DNA of 64,000 nucleotides, from positions 20,328-84,327 of the forward strand of contig DF237354.1 of the NCBI GenBank assembly GCA_000708835.1, given 5' to 3'. Source of the stretch: Klebsormidium nitens (lineage: Eukaryota; Plantae; Klebsormidiophyceae). The notes under the pieces were generated by a model. It was not told where the DNA came from. It did not search any database and worked only from the letters and a program-made list of their open reading frames with translations. This document shows, one piece after another, positions 28,913 through 40,739 of this stretch. Position 1 is the stretch's first letter. Each line of letters starts with the position of its first letter. A program made the position numbers and the translations under genes.

Positions 28913-31889
28913 ATTTTTGTTAGAAGTATTTGCGCACTGCCACTCGGGCCACACTGGCGCCAGTGTGGCCCGAGTGGCAGTGCGCAACTACTTCTAACAG
29001 TCATAACGCGAAGAGGGTGCAAGGTCTACAGTTGAAAACCGATTTCAGATGCACTTTGCCACTTAGCTTCCGGAACCCTCATAAGTTTACCAGGACCACT
29101 GCACTGATCTTGCGTTTTCTCTGGTAACCTTCATCAGATACCGCTATCAAGGCTCATCAGCAATAATATCGATATCCGAGCCTAATGAAGCAGCAATGAG
29201 GACGACATTCTGGGCCGCAATCCCGTGACTGCCCAGATAGAGGGGTTTCAGAGTCGAAGGAGCTAGAGTGGTGCGCACCATCAGAGCACGCGTCTTTCTG
29301 GACTAAGAGCATTTATCATTCAAGCGGACGGTGGTGATGACGACACTACTCGCTTCCTAGGCTTCCGCCAATGCCGGAAGTGGGAGTCTTCCAGCAGTGT
29401 TGAAGTCGGTACAATCAGACTGCTCGCATCAGCGGGGATACAGTCAACGGAATTCTCAGGCCTATTTCCAAATTCAGTCCGTTCGTGCTGGCTGTACAAT
29501 AATCTGCCTCTTAAAAAAGCAATATGTTAGACCTGCTCCAGAGCTTCGAGTCCAAAGACTCTGCTTCTATCCTTACCCGGGAGCCAATGTTTCGTCGCCG
29601 TAGCTCCTCCTTACTCCGAAGATGGACACGTCTCTTATAGCCCGTGCGCATCAAAGGCATGGGGCGGAGATTGTGGATCATTATCTTTGACGAAAGATCA
29701 CACGGCGATCTGGCGCAAACCAGACACCAGGGGGCTTCTTATGTCGGGGGCTTCTTATGTCCCCATAAACGTTACTGCTTTATCAAAGCTCAACGTGCCC
29801 CTGTTGGAGACGTGTTCACAACGAACAAGACCGGCTTCTCGAGCTGGGTCGGAGCGGTTTCTTTCAGTCAGTTCATGTCCCTGCAATTTCGCCTGAAACG
29901 GAAGCCTCCGGAACCGTTCAATTGCCACTTTGCTGGAGCAGATTGCTCCGCTTAGGCCCAGGTTTGCCTCCGGCTTGAGGACGCCCGTGGGTGCTCGTAC
30001 TGCGCGACTTTTGAATCGCCCCTTTCTCAAGATCTGCCGTGTCTTCTCCGTAAGGGTGTACTCCGTCGACAATGAAAGAAAAGCCCGCCGAGCGCCGTTG
30101 CCTCAGTAGTTCACAACTTGCTTGTCTCTAAGTCGGCAAGAACTGCAAAAACTGCAAAAACGCACCTGATCTAAAGACGTCGGCGGCTTTCATGCTTCTA
30201 AGTAGCCGTTTTTGGCCTTTCGAACTAAGGGCTAACATCATCCACTACGAACGGGCACGCGCCTTTGGTGGAAATTCTCTCACAGGGGCGCGCCACTGGC
30301 GCGCTTTGCACCTTTTCTGAAGTCAGCCCCGACTATTCTCCGCAAAAATGACGGAGGACCCGGAAGACGCCCCGGTTTGAGGGAGTTCCAGAAGCTACAA
30401 CCTAGCGGGGCCGGTTCGCTTCTGTGCTTCTACATGAGTCTGACGTGCTTGTTTATCTCAATCTGATTGCCAGATACTTGCACATTCCTTTGCATTAATC
30501 ATGGTAAGATGCTGAACGGTTGGAAAGCATCTCGTTCGTGCATCCGGTGAAGATAGCGTGAGTAATTGCTTCAATACCGTTCGTGGGCTGTGATTGACCA
30601 TTCATGGCTAGCGGGAACTCGCACAAACCATTGGGCGATTTTGATGCGTCATCAGGAGCCCGCACACCTGGATTCCATCTTTGTCAGGAGGAATCTTGTG
30701 CATCGCCTCTGCTTTACATCCCGTAATACTTTATCGAAGGAGTCTCAAGGCTCCAGCTTGGCGATTCCAGAGCTCGTGGCTCTTTCACAAGCCGGTAGCT
30801 ATGCGCCTGCTCCTGGCTTACAATCTGGATGCTTCTTACATTGGTGCTGTGCTTTGTTGGTCGGAATCACCGTTTCTTTGATGCTGAAACCAGGTCCATG
30901 CCAATCTGGTTGGCATGTATTCCTAATTGCTTAATCTCGGTTACGCAGCATTTCGTTTGGCCTTCGCATCATTTTCTTCTTTTGGATTGCTCCGTGCTGC
31001 CACGTGGCACTTTAACATTTCAAAAATGGTCCGTGCCTCCTGCCAAGATGCTTCACCCTTGGACATCACCTGGATCCGTTCAGCGCAAGCGCCTTCATAC
31101 GCCTCAACTTCTTCGGCGTTCTCTTGAAGAGGCCTCGCAAGCGTTAAAATCAAGGACGAGGTGGACAGAGTCCACTATTGTAACCTTCCTTTCCGATTTC
31201 TGCCCTGCACAAGTTCCCTGTTCTTTGTCCTTCCACTTTTCTATGTAAGCCTGACATACTTGACCTCTACAAGGAGATATCGGCTGTGATGGCGGCAAGG
31301 AATGAGCTGAAGTCTTTCAGTGCTCACACTCGTGTCGATCTATGATGCCGACTTAATTTAGGGGAAGTACCTTGTTTACGATCAGAACTGGGTTTTCAAA
31401 GAAGGTGCGACAGCAATTCCGCGTTCCACTTCAGCACATCTGGGCGAGTCAACGATTCAAGATGCTGGAATGCAGTGATCACAGAAGAGAATAATCTGCC
31501 GAGTCCTGGATCTCTGTTGGTGAGGATGTTGCTCTTGTCGTTTGAGCAGCAGGTCTGCTCACGCAAAATTGGATCGACTGATGATGCCAGAACCCAATGC
31601 TCAGAATTAGCTGATGGTCCGTGACGCCAAATGAGGCTCATAAAGAGTCCATCTCGGGAAAGGATCTCAAAGGCACGGCAGAGTTAGTCTCGTTGAGCGG
31701 TGCATTTGCATGACGATAACATATTTTGGGCACTTCAGGACCAATCAGAGGGGTAAGCAGATTGGTTACCGAGCCTGGCGGATTGTGAATAGGCATCATT
31801 CTATCGGAAAAGAGAGAATTTTTGAGAAGAGCTCCGATACTTTCCAACCTTTCCTGTCCGTTCCTCACATCACGTACCCATTCTCCTAA

Positions 31890-34800
31890 ACCTGGGACGT
31901 TTTCGCATCGACCGTGAGCACGAAGCTCTGAGAAAATCGGGCTCATTGACCGTTTCCGCAGCAGCGAGTCGCAATCGTAGGATTTTGTCGCTTTTCGGTG
32001 CTGTTGTGGCATAGCGAGAGCGATCCAGCGATTGAGGCCTATAATTGCATAGCTTCACTGCGTAGACCCCTTTCCGTACCATCTGCATGCGTTGAATCAC
32101 ATGCTACTCTTTCTGCATTCCACTTCTACGGCGCTTTTCCTTTCAAATTTTCTCTCGACCACTGTGCTAGAAAAGCTGTCTCGATCTGAAGGCTTGACAG
32201 TCGCAACGATAAAGTTAACTATAAGGCAATACCAATCAAGGCAATTTCCGAAATTGATCCTCAAGTTGACTAGCCACCATCTCTTCCGTGATCGGTTCCG
32301 CCACGAAGCGGGCGCCGGCCGCGCTCGCGGAGCGGCCCAGTCAAGAAAGTCAAGAAGCATGAGACGAGACGTTACCAAAGAGGTCTCCCGAGCAAAGAGC
32401 TTCGGCTGCCAATTGCATGCGTGCAGAGCCCGTTCTCCGCGCGCGACCATCGCGCAGCACGTCTGGTGTACGCGCGCATCGCGGCCGCGCAGCGCAAAAG
32501 GGGCCGCCGTGGCCGCCGTGGCCGATACAGCTGCCCGTTCTGGGCACTCTGCCGCGCGCGCGGTCTGAGCTTCTCGGCCAGGCAAGAAGTGGGGTTGACG
32601 AGGGGTTGACGAGCTCACGCGCGACCGGGCGGCCAGATTCGCCACGTCGGCAGCGCAGGAAAAAAACCGCTTCTAGCAGAATAGCTGTGTCCCGCGTGGC
32701 CGGGCCAAGCCCAGTGCGGGCTTGGCCATATCCGTCCAGATGCTGCGCGCTTGCGCTGAAGTATAGCACAGTGATACAAAGGTGGGCGCGCAAAGAGCAC
32801 CTGTGACTGTCACTACGTCGAGCGGCGCCCGCCGCGCTGCACAGGTGCGCGCACAACGGAAAGCCGCAGGCGACTGCTGTCGCCAACTCAGAAGATGTTT
32901 CGACGCAGTCTTTAAGGGAGTAGAAGAGCAGGATGATTTTCGAAATCGGAGTACGCATCATATGCGCACATTTCGGAAGGCCTTGGTTGAGGAAAATACC
33001 TCACACTTCGCCACTCTACCGTCACCTTCTCGCTACAGACCAGGCCCCTTGACTTGCTCCAGGGCGTTTCTTTGGTGACCATTTGGCGACATTCCTGGAA
33101 GTTTGAAGGCAATGACGATCAGAGAACCTGGGAAGTACGTCTAAGAAGTACGTCTAATATCCTGGCCAAAAACCCATAGTTACTCGAAACGAGAGGAGCC
33201 AGAATCAGTGCGCACCGTCAATCGTAGTCCGTGGGAAAACACCGTGACGCCGCGGTCCTTTGATCTAGGAGGCGCTCTGGAAAAGAATCAAACGTCCTTT
33301 TAGTATAACGGTGGGAAATTACGTCTCATGGCAGCTTCTCTTTTTCTATCATCCTGATCGCAAGCTCCAGACGAATCCAACTTTCAGAGTTGAACTCGAG
33401 TGTTGAGGGCGAAAATCTGCATGTCGGGGTGATGATGAAGGTGACAACATATCTGGCGAAGTAGTCCAGAGTCCGCTGTTGTCCTTCTGATGCCGCTCGC
33501 AAACTGCCGGCGCCGTACGGCCGTAGGACTGGTCTTAGATTTTCTTCTTCCCAAGTACAAGGCGGGCTCGACGTCTGACCCGTGTCCTGGTTCATCTTTA
33601 CCTGGGCTCAGTCGTAGCCGCTTATTCACAGAGATCTCGAGATGAAACTGGTGCGAAGTAGACCTATTGTGTCTCACCTGGTTGTACCCTGATAGTCTCT
33701 CCAAGTGACGAGTATACTGTGTATGACAGCAACCACTCAAAAGCAGGTCAAGTTCCACGGAACCCACAGAACGTTCCAATTCCATCCTCTTCTATCATCA
33801 AGCTTTTCCAGTGATGCCGGTGCTGGAAAATGATGACCCCAGGTCGGAACACCCACCCCTTTGGCAATCGACACAACTATCGGGATTCGGGTTTGTTAAC
33901 GTTGCACCCTTTCAAAACGCTTGCTTTAATCTGGTCTTTCGATCCTGGGCCATGAACTTGAAACGACGCTGGGTGGGCGTGGCCTTATCTTATCAATCCA
34001 CCGCTGCGTTATCCGTTGCCGAGCCATGTTAACGTTTGAATTGCTTCAGGTCTTGTGCATGGGGACGTCGGAATCCGTTCCTCGAAAGTCGACTGGTAGT
34101 AGCCCTTATCTCCCAAAAGGCAGCTGGTGCAATCGGATCCTCCTTGTGAAAAGGAATGGTTTTAAGATTCAAGTACACGGCTTGCTGGAGTAGTGTGTGC
34201 GTCCCTTTTGCGGCGACTTGCTTGTTCCGGGCAGTTATGTTGGAGTCATACCAAGGTTTTTCGCCATGTGAAGGACATGGGATTGACAACGCTAGTGAGC
34301 CCTGGCTGCGGCTCAACTTGAAACGAGGCTCGTCAGTCACCTTCGTTGTCGTGGATTTTGCTTTTATTGTATCAAATCTTGCTAGCATAGCAAAACAAAG
34401 CAAGTGATGACAAGTATTTGGGAAACCGGCGCTTCTCAGAGCTCCCTCTGGAGCGTGGAACGCAGATTGCTTCAATGTTTCTAACGGCGAAGTCGTAGTT
34501 TCTGAATGGTCAGGATTCAATTGGGTTGCCTTTGGCAGTCCATGACGACCGCCGGCCAGTCGTAGAGGCAGTGGAGAAGGGCTGTCATTCTCGAGCGACT
34601 TCGATTACGGCCCTTCTTGTTGCAATTACAAGCCGCTCCCTGGTAACATATCGGACATGTACAGGAGAGAATAAGCAGACGATTGGCGGTGACAAGAGTC
34701 TAAGTTGATGCTAGCCCGTGAAATCCTGCACCTCCTCCTCCTGGGATAAAACAAAACCAGCGTTTTTTCAAAGTCACTTCCGTTTGTGTTTACAAAGAAT

Positions 34801-36915
34801 TCTACTAGGGACCTAACATATTTTTTTCACTGCCGTTCGGCTACGGTTCTTCTGGTATTGCGACCAATAGCGATCAGATCCTATATAGATAGCAGGCTTA
34901 AGATCCCAGACCGATGTTCTTGACTGCCCTTGGCTTGAGAATGAAAAAGCAACTGTGAATCAAATTGAACAGTAGTGATGATGACACGGATCGCTCCCTA
35001 GGCCTACACAAAAGCCCGGCATCATCATTACTCTTTGAAGCCGCAACAAGCCGACTGCTTGAATGAACTCATTGCTTTTCCCAACCGAAAAAGAGAGCCA
35101 AAAAGCTGCTCAGGGCTATCTTCAAGTCCAATCCTTTCCAGCTGGCCGTACCAGATTTAGGCGCCTTGGGAACTTACAAAACGACCCACTGCAAATCCCC
35201 TTCCCGTGATGGACAGATCTTCTGACGAGGTTCTCGCCAGAGTTGCTTCAGACATGAATGAGGACACTAGGTTTACTCCGCAAAGACTTGCTCTGGTAAG
35301 ATGGTCTCGAAGAAGAAGCGCCCTGTCCGATGTAAATTCCGTTCGTTTGTTCCGACTTTCAACTTCTCGTGGCAATTGGACCAGCTAGGTCGCGGCTTCG
35401 CACGGCTAGCGGCCGCGCGCCGGTAGACGGCGAATCGCGTGGGCGCAACGATCAGATCCTGATTACCCAACGCTTTCTTCAATTACCTCTTCTCTGGATT
35501 GAAATTGACGCAAATTGATGCAAACACGATCATGAAGGCTGTGCCTAACATGGTTAGATGAGATCACAGATGTGACAAGCCAGCATATGCATCCAATCAA
35601 CAATCGGTTTCACCCCGCGGCAAGCCGCGCTTGCAAAGCCGACTAATCCATTCTAAACGAGGGACAAGGCATCAGGAAATACGAATTCTTCCCCCTGACC
35701 GCGGCCCCTTGGCTGGCGTTGCATGCGCAGCCCGGCCGGGGCATAGCCTTTTCGCCTCGCGCGGCCGCCGCACAGTCTGGTGGCGGCCGCGCAGCTTGAA
35801 AGCCGTCTCGCCAGCGCGGCCGCGCCGCTCTGGACACTCGGCCGCTCAGGCAAGCGCTGTCGCGCGCGCGCTTAAAGCTGGCCGGACACGACACCAGGGC
35901 GTCGGATGTGGCTCGGCAAGTCATGGCGAATGGCCGGTGGTGAGAAGCACGGTTGAATCGCGCGCGCGCAAAGGGCGCCCTGGCCGTGCATGTACGCGCA
36001 TACTGTGACGAGTCGCAGGCGGCGCGGCCACGGCCATTTTAACACTTGTCGACGCAACCTGCAGGCCAAATCAAACGGCTGAACCGAATTTTAAAGGCGT
36101 ATCATATGCGTGATCTAGACGATCCGAAGTTGAGGAAGGAGCTGTCAAAGCCACGCCACCTTCGCTCTTAGCTTCCGAAACGTTTGCCAGTCGGAGGCAC
36201 GCTGACCAAAGTGGCGCTGTTTTCCGGCGACTTGTACGTCTCTCGTTTGGTTCTGGCATGAACAACCAGAAATAAGGAGGCGATGATGACGAAATACAGA
36301 TCTGGGCAGTACGTCTGTCGTGACTGCCCATGGCTCTTTCCTCTACGGTCGAAGGAGCCAGGTCCATATAGTGTGCGCCGTCTATCATTACTTGCGTCCG
36401 AGACTTGCGCTACGTCGTCCGGATATTCGAAGTTTCATTGTACGGCGCTTCGCGAGATGATCAAACGTGTTCTCTAGTTTTATAGCTTGAGATGGAGCGC
36501 TATCCATCTCACCGCAATGCCATATTGAATATCTGACGTTGAGAATGAAGCGCGAAGTGCCTGGCAGGCCGATCCAGAGACTGCGGTGATGATGCAGGTT
36601 TAGCAATGCAGCTGGGCGGATCGTTCCACACATGCATTTTTTCACTGAGCCGCTGGCACCTCGCCTGCTCCTCGTACACAAAGCATTACTCGCTCTATGA
36701 TCTGATTCCTTGTCCCAAAGGTATGAAAGGCGCTTGTCGTAACGAGACGGCCTTCTATTCAATGGGCCTGTCACAAGCAAGTTGCTTCCACTCCTTACAA
36801 CTCTGTTACAGGAAGGTTGTCACACTGTCAATACTTCTGTGGTCTGTCCCCATAAGATTGCCTGAATCAAGGACTCTTGGCTTGGCGGCGACACGACGCC
36901 AGGTGACGCGCTAGA
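31890..36915. repeat. Higher-order array copy 1
   Basis: Contains in order gaccgtgagc..gggctcattga; GC core type 1; gacccgtgtcctggttc; aaacgcttgctttaatctggtc; gactgcccttgg; agtgatggacagat; GC core type 2; gcttggcggcgacacgac. The same order recurs in copies 2-4. Confidence 0.85.
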
Positions 36916-37679
36916 TTGTGGGTGATCGTCTTAATGCGCTAGCAAGAGGTATTTTCCAAGGGTTCGGTGGTCAACAGACTCCTCTCAATGGCACTTTGAT
37001 GGTTGCCTTACTTATTCAAGGTAAGGTCTTCAGTCTTCGGACCCGCCAAAACCTTTCAGGCTGCCGTTCTGTTGAAATTTTCAGGTAAAGCTATCAGTAA
37101 TTTAAACGAGTTCCTTAGCAGGCAGGTAGAAATGCTTTTAGGTCCGAAAGAGTTTTCATAAAGGCCCGTCGCTTCCTGGAGCACTTGCGGACATAGGAGA
37201 ATGGTGGTAATGACCACACGTTTGCCTAATGAAGGCCGGGAGTCGAAAGACTTTTCGAAGCTATGACGCCGTCACATTCCAATGAGTTTGGCTGCGGAAC
37301 TGCTCTTTTCAGAGACATTGCCGTCCTCGACGCTTCAAGTTGCGTCATCATCAACTTTGAGTGGGTGCTTGTGCTGGCCGGACCTTGGCTTGCATCTTGA
37401 GATCTACGTGTACTACCTGCTCAAGTGTAACTTTGGTGACAGTGATGGATCTCGAACGTTCAAAAAGTTTCAAAAGGTTCAAAAGTTTTCAAACGATTGT
37501 CTGTCTTAATGACGGGGGTCCCTAACCCGTCGATGAGCCATAAAATTCAGTGACGAGTACCCTTACTCGGTAGATAACTCTCACAAAAAAACGCACTGAC
37601 CATCCGTTCGTTGATTCTAATCTTAGCACCTTCCACCTTCGTGGGCGCTTCTTCTGAGCGCTCGAATGGGGCGCCTCGG

Positions 37680-40420
37680 CAATGACGGGATTCGAAATCT
37701 TACTAGATGAATGGAAATTCTCGCCCCTCCTTGCAGACGCTAAACATATTGCAACTCTGATCTTGCTGTACGTTTTCCCGGTTTCAAAACGCTGTCGCGT
37801 ATGGTGCCTTCTTACACCTGTTCCGGATCGAACTCGACAGTGGCAATGATGCAAACAAGATCATGAAGGCTGTGCCGATTTGCGCGGCAAGATCAGATCC
37901 CAGCGTGACAAGCCACCATCCATTCAATCACATTAATGGTTTCACCCCGCAGCAAGCCGCGCTCGCGAAGCGGGCTGTTCAAGAAGCGAAGGACGAGGCA
38001 TCAGAGATACGAGTCGGAAATAGTCCCCAATCGCGGCCCCTTGACTGGTGTTGCACGCGCAGCCCGGCCGCGCACGGCCTTTTTGCCGCGGGCGGCCGCT
38101 GCCTACTCTGGTGGCGGCCGCGCGCGCAGCTCGAAGGCCGTCTTTTGGCCCGCCGCGGCGGCTCCGTTCGGCCGCTCAGGCAATGGCTGCCACGCGCGCG
38201 CTTAGAGCTGGCCGGACGATGTCGGCAAGTCATGGCGAGTGGCCGGTGGCGAGAAGCACGGTTGAGACGCGCGCGCGCAAAGAGCGCCCTGGCCGCGCAT
38301 GTGCGCATACATGAACGCCGCAAGAGTCGCAGCCGGCCGCGGCCAGCTTCAAAACTTGTCGAAGCAACCTGCAGGCCAAAATTGAACAGCTAAATCGAAT
38401 TCCCAAGGCGTATCTTATGCGTTGTTTGGAAGGTCTGAGGATGAGGAAAGAGCTAACACCACGCCGCCCTCGCTTCCGAATCGTTTTCTGCCAGGTACTA
38501 GGCACGCTGATCTGAGTGACGCTTTTCTGTTGACTTGTAGTCCCGTTCCCTTCCAGTATTATAAGCAAAAGTTTGAAAGGGCAATGACGGGAAAATGTAA
38601 AGTTGGGCAGTGCGTCTTTCGTGACTGCCCATCCGCTCAGCCGCTCGTCGGTTATTACAGAAGCCATTGTCAATACCGTGCGCGCGTCCACCGCATCTGC
38701 GTTAGACTGCGCTAATTTCATCGATCGTTCATCACACGGCGCCTTGGGGGATGATTCCCTGTCTTTTAGTGAAGGCGTGACAAGAAGTTCTCGCATGGCA
38801 GCCCGTCTTCGCATCGATTTCCTTCTTGCAAACTCCAACACACGAGCAATGGTAAACAGCAAACCTGAGTGCGGTCAGGCTAATCGAGGCATCGTCGTGG
38901 CAATGAAAGTGTACAGCTGGGCGATCCGGCGCCCACGTGCCCAGTTTGCGGTCTTCCTGAGTCCCTGGTGCTTCTGTAACATTTTAGACATTCTTGGTAG
39001 CGCTTTTCTCAACAGGGCTTCAAGATCACTGGTTTTTCACCATTTTGCTGCTTTCCACTCTTTGTCTCTGGTGATTCAAGGCCGTTGATTATACAAGTAG
39101 CTTGAGACGGGTCTGGATGTAAAGTGATTCCATAACGTGAAGCCTGTCAACTCGCACTTCCTAGAGGACTTCCCAATGGACGAGTATGCTACTCTTGATA
39201 ACAGCTGTTGGCATCAGAGGATAAACTCCTGCGTGAATCTGCCATACCACCCTAAACCCCTAAACACTCTGCCAATACTTTTCATTTGAGTGAGTCAGAA
39301 TCTGCTTATGGGCGAGGAAGTTCCTCTCAATGGTGATGCGGGAGACATAACCGGCTCGCCAACGTTGGATTAATTCTCTCTCGGACGCCCGATGAACGAT
39401 ACGATCACAACAACCAGCTTACTTTTTTCTGAGTGTGGTAGCAACGGGAGGCAGTCAGAGTTCATTCGGGTCTAATGCTCTTGAGATGTGATTCGATTCT
39501 GCCTTCCAGCCCGAACTACACAATCGAGACAAGGTCAGGTGAACTGAAAACCATTCATAGAGATTGGAAACGTATTCGCATCTGCACAGTCAGCTTCGCC
39601 TTAAAGCCGGGCTGCCGGGCGCACCGACCGGTTGATCCTCTACCGGTCGCTGTCTGTACGTCCGCTTCCGAACTGCTTGGCTTCGTCCCTGCCAGGTATA
39701 ATACCGCATCCTCTCAATCTCGTACAAAAAGTGGGCGCGCACGCAATGAGCATCCTTGGACGCGCCGACACTTTTAGCCGCGCTCCCGCGCAGGTGCGCG
39801 CACGCGAAGAAGAGCCGTAGTCGGCCGCGCGCGGCCAGCCCAACTTCTCCTTTCAAAAAATACATGCTAAAATCGAACGGCCGATCGCCTTAGCAAGCAG
39901 ATTACAGTGCGAGCCGTTTGGAAAGTCTACGATTGAGAAACAAGCTCACACCTCGTGACCTCACTCTTACTTTCCGGAGTAGTCGCCACTTGTTACGCCC
40001 GTTTATCTGGCGCCTTCTTTGTAACTCTTCACCTAATTCCTCCTTTCATTAATACTCCGGAGGGTTGAAAGGGCAATGACAGAAGCTCTGTGTTTGTGGA
40101 CCCCGTTGTTCAACGTGACTTCCCACAACTGTCAGGAGATCTGGAGGAGTCCAATCAGGGCGCGCCGGCGTCAGATCGTCGTTCACATCACATCATGCCG
40201 CATTCGTCCGCTTGTTCATTAAAAGGCGCTCTGACTGATTATCCAAATCGGTGCTCCAGATTGAGCGTGACCGGAATGTTCTCCATGCAGCCCGAGCTTG
40301 TTTTTGGTTCTCCTCGATGTAGAGTCAGACTCCAAACATACTGCAAACAACGTAAATACCACCAAACATTTCGCATTCCGCTTCTGCACTGACAGTCTGT
40401 ACGGTTTTCTTTTGAACTTA
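37680..40420. repeat. Extra partial array units (type 2 core plus tail at ~37680-39130; degenerate core at ~39500-40420)
   Basis: gacagtggcaatgatgcaaacaagatcatgaaggctgtgcc is nearly identical to 54753-54790; tails tttgaaagggcaatgac at ~38575 and ~40070. Confidence 0.8.
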
Positions 40421-40739
40421 TGCTGTTTGGTAACGGGAATTACAATATCTATTCCAAATCAAAATTGACGGTGGCAATGATCAACATTCAAGTCCTGCTA
40501 ATCGAGGCAGGAAAAATTGTGTCAGTGATGCTATTGAATCTAAGAAGATGTTAACAATCTGCGCATCGCGTTCAATACGGGCTGAGCTATGCTTTTAAGT
40601 AGTGTTTGCTATCTCCGAGCTATTGGACAACAGGATGGAACGTGCCACGTGCACGCGCGTTCGTCCTTGCACAAGTTTCAAACCAAGGCCAATTTCCTCT
40701 TAAGCTGCGTTCGTGTCTTCCAACTTCGATTTTGTTGGC

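Larger units (their letters stand above)
28577..28999. mobile_element. Small non-autonomous TG...CA element with hairpin terminal repeats and 5-bp TSD (GTCAT)
   Basis: Starts TGTTAGAAGTA at 28577 and ends TACTTCTAACA at 28999, flanked by GTCAT at 28572-28576 and 29000-29004. 28918-28999 is an 82-nt palindrome with one mismatch. A second copy begins at 28577 and is cut by the gap. Removing the element restores collinearity with the sister unit at ~27100-27150. Confidence 0.8.
23290..29730. repeat. Four tandem diverged units of the simpler array subfamily (~23290-24730, ~24990-26400, ~26770-27560 shortened, ~27870-29730)
   Basis: Ordered shared motifs: aacggtggcaatgatg...gctgtgccaat; GC core; ggccatgctggtgcgc...tacgacga; gagcaatgac...gtgactgccca...gtggtgcgcacc; ggacggtggtgatgac...gcttccgc...gccggaag; gcggggata..gtcaacg; gagacctctgcttcta...gtttcgtcgccgtagctc. 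Individual units lack some motifs. Confidence 0.88.

Noticed and set aside
29325-29345. Plus-strand GGDDD/GGNDD resembling a polymerase GDD motif
   Set aside because: No other RT or RdRP motifs are present, and variation between copies is non-synonymous in this frame but largely synonymous on the minus strand.
37863-38393. 176-aa plus-strand ORF with KSALAAHVRIH (C2H2-like)
   Set aside because: The upstream cysteines are missing, the frame is not kept in sister copies, and the GC-rich core makes long ORFs by chance.
39248-39265. ccctaaacccctaaac telomere-like repeat
   Set aside because: Only two imperfect units; too short to call an interstitial telomere.
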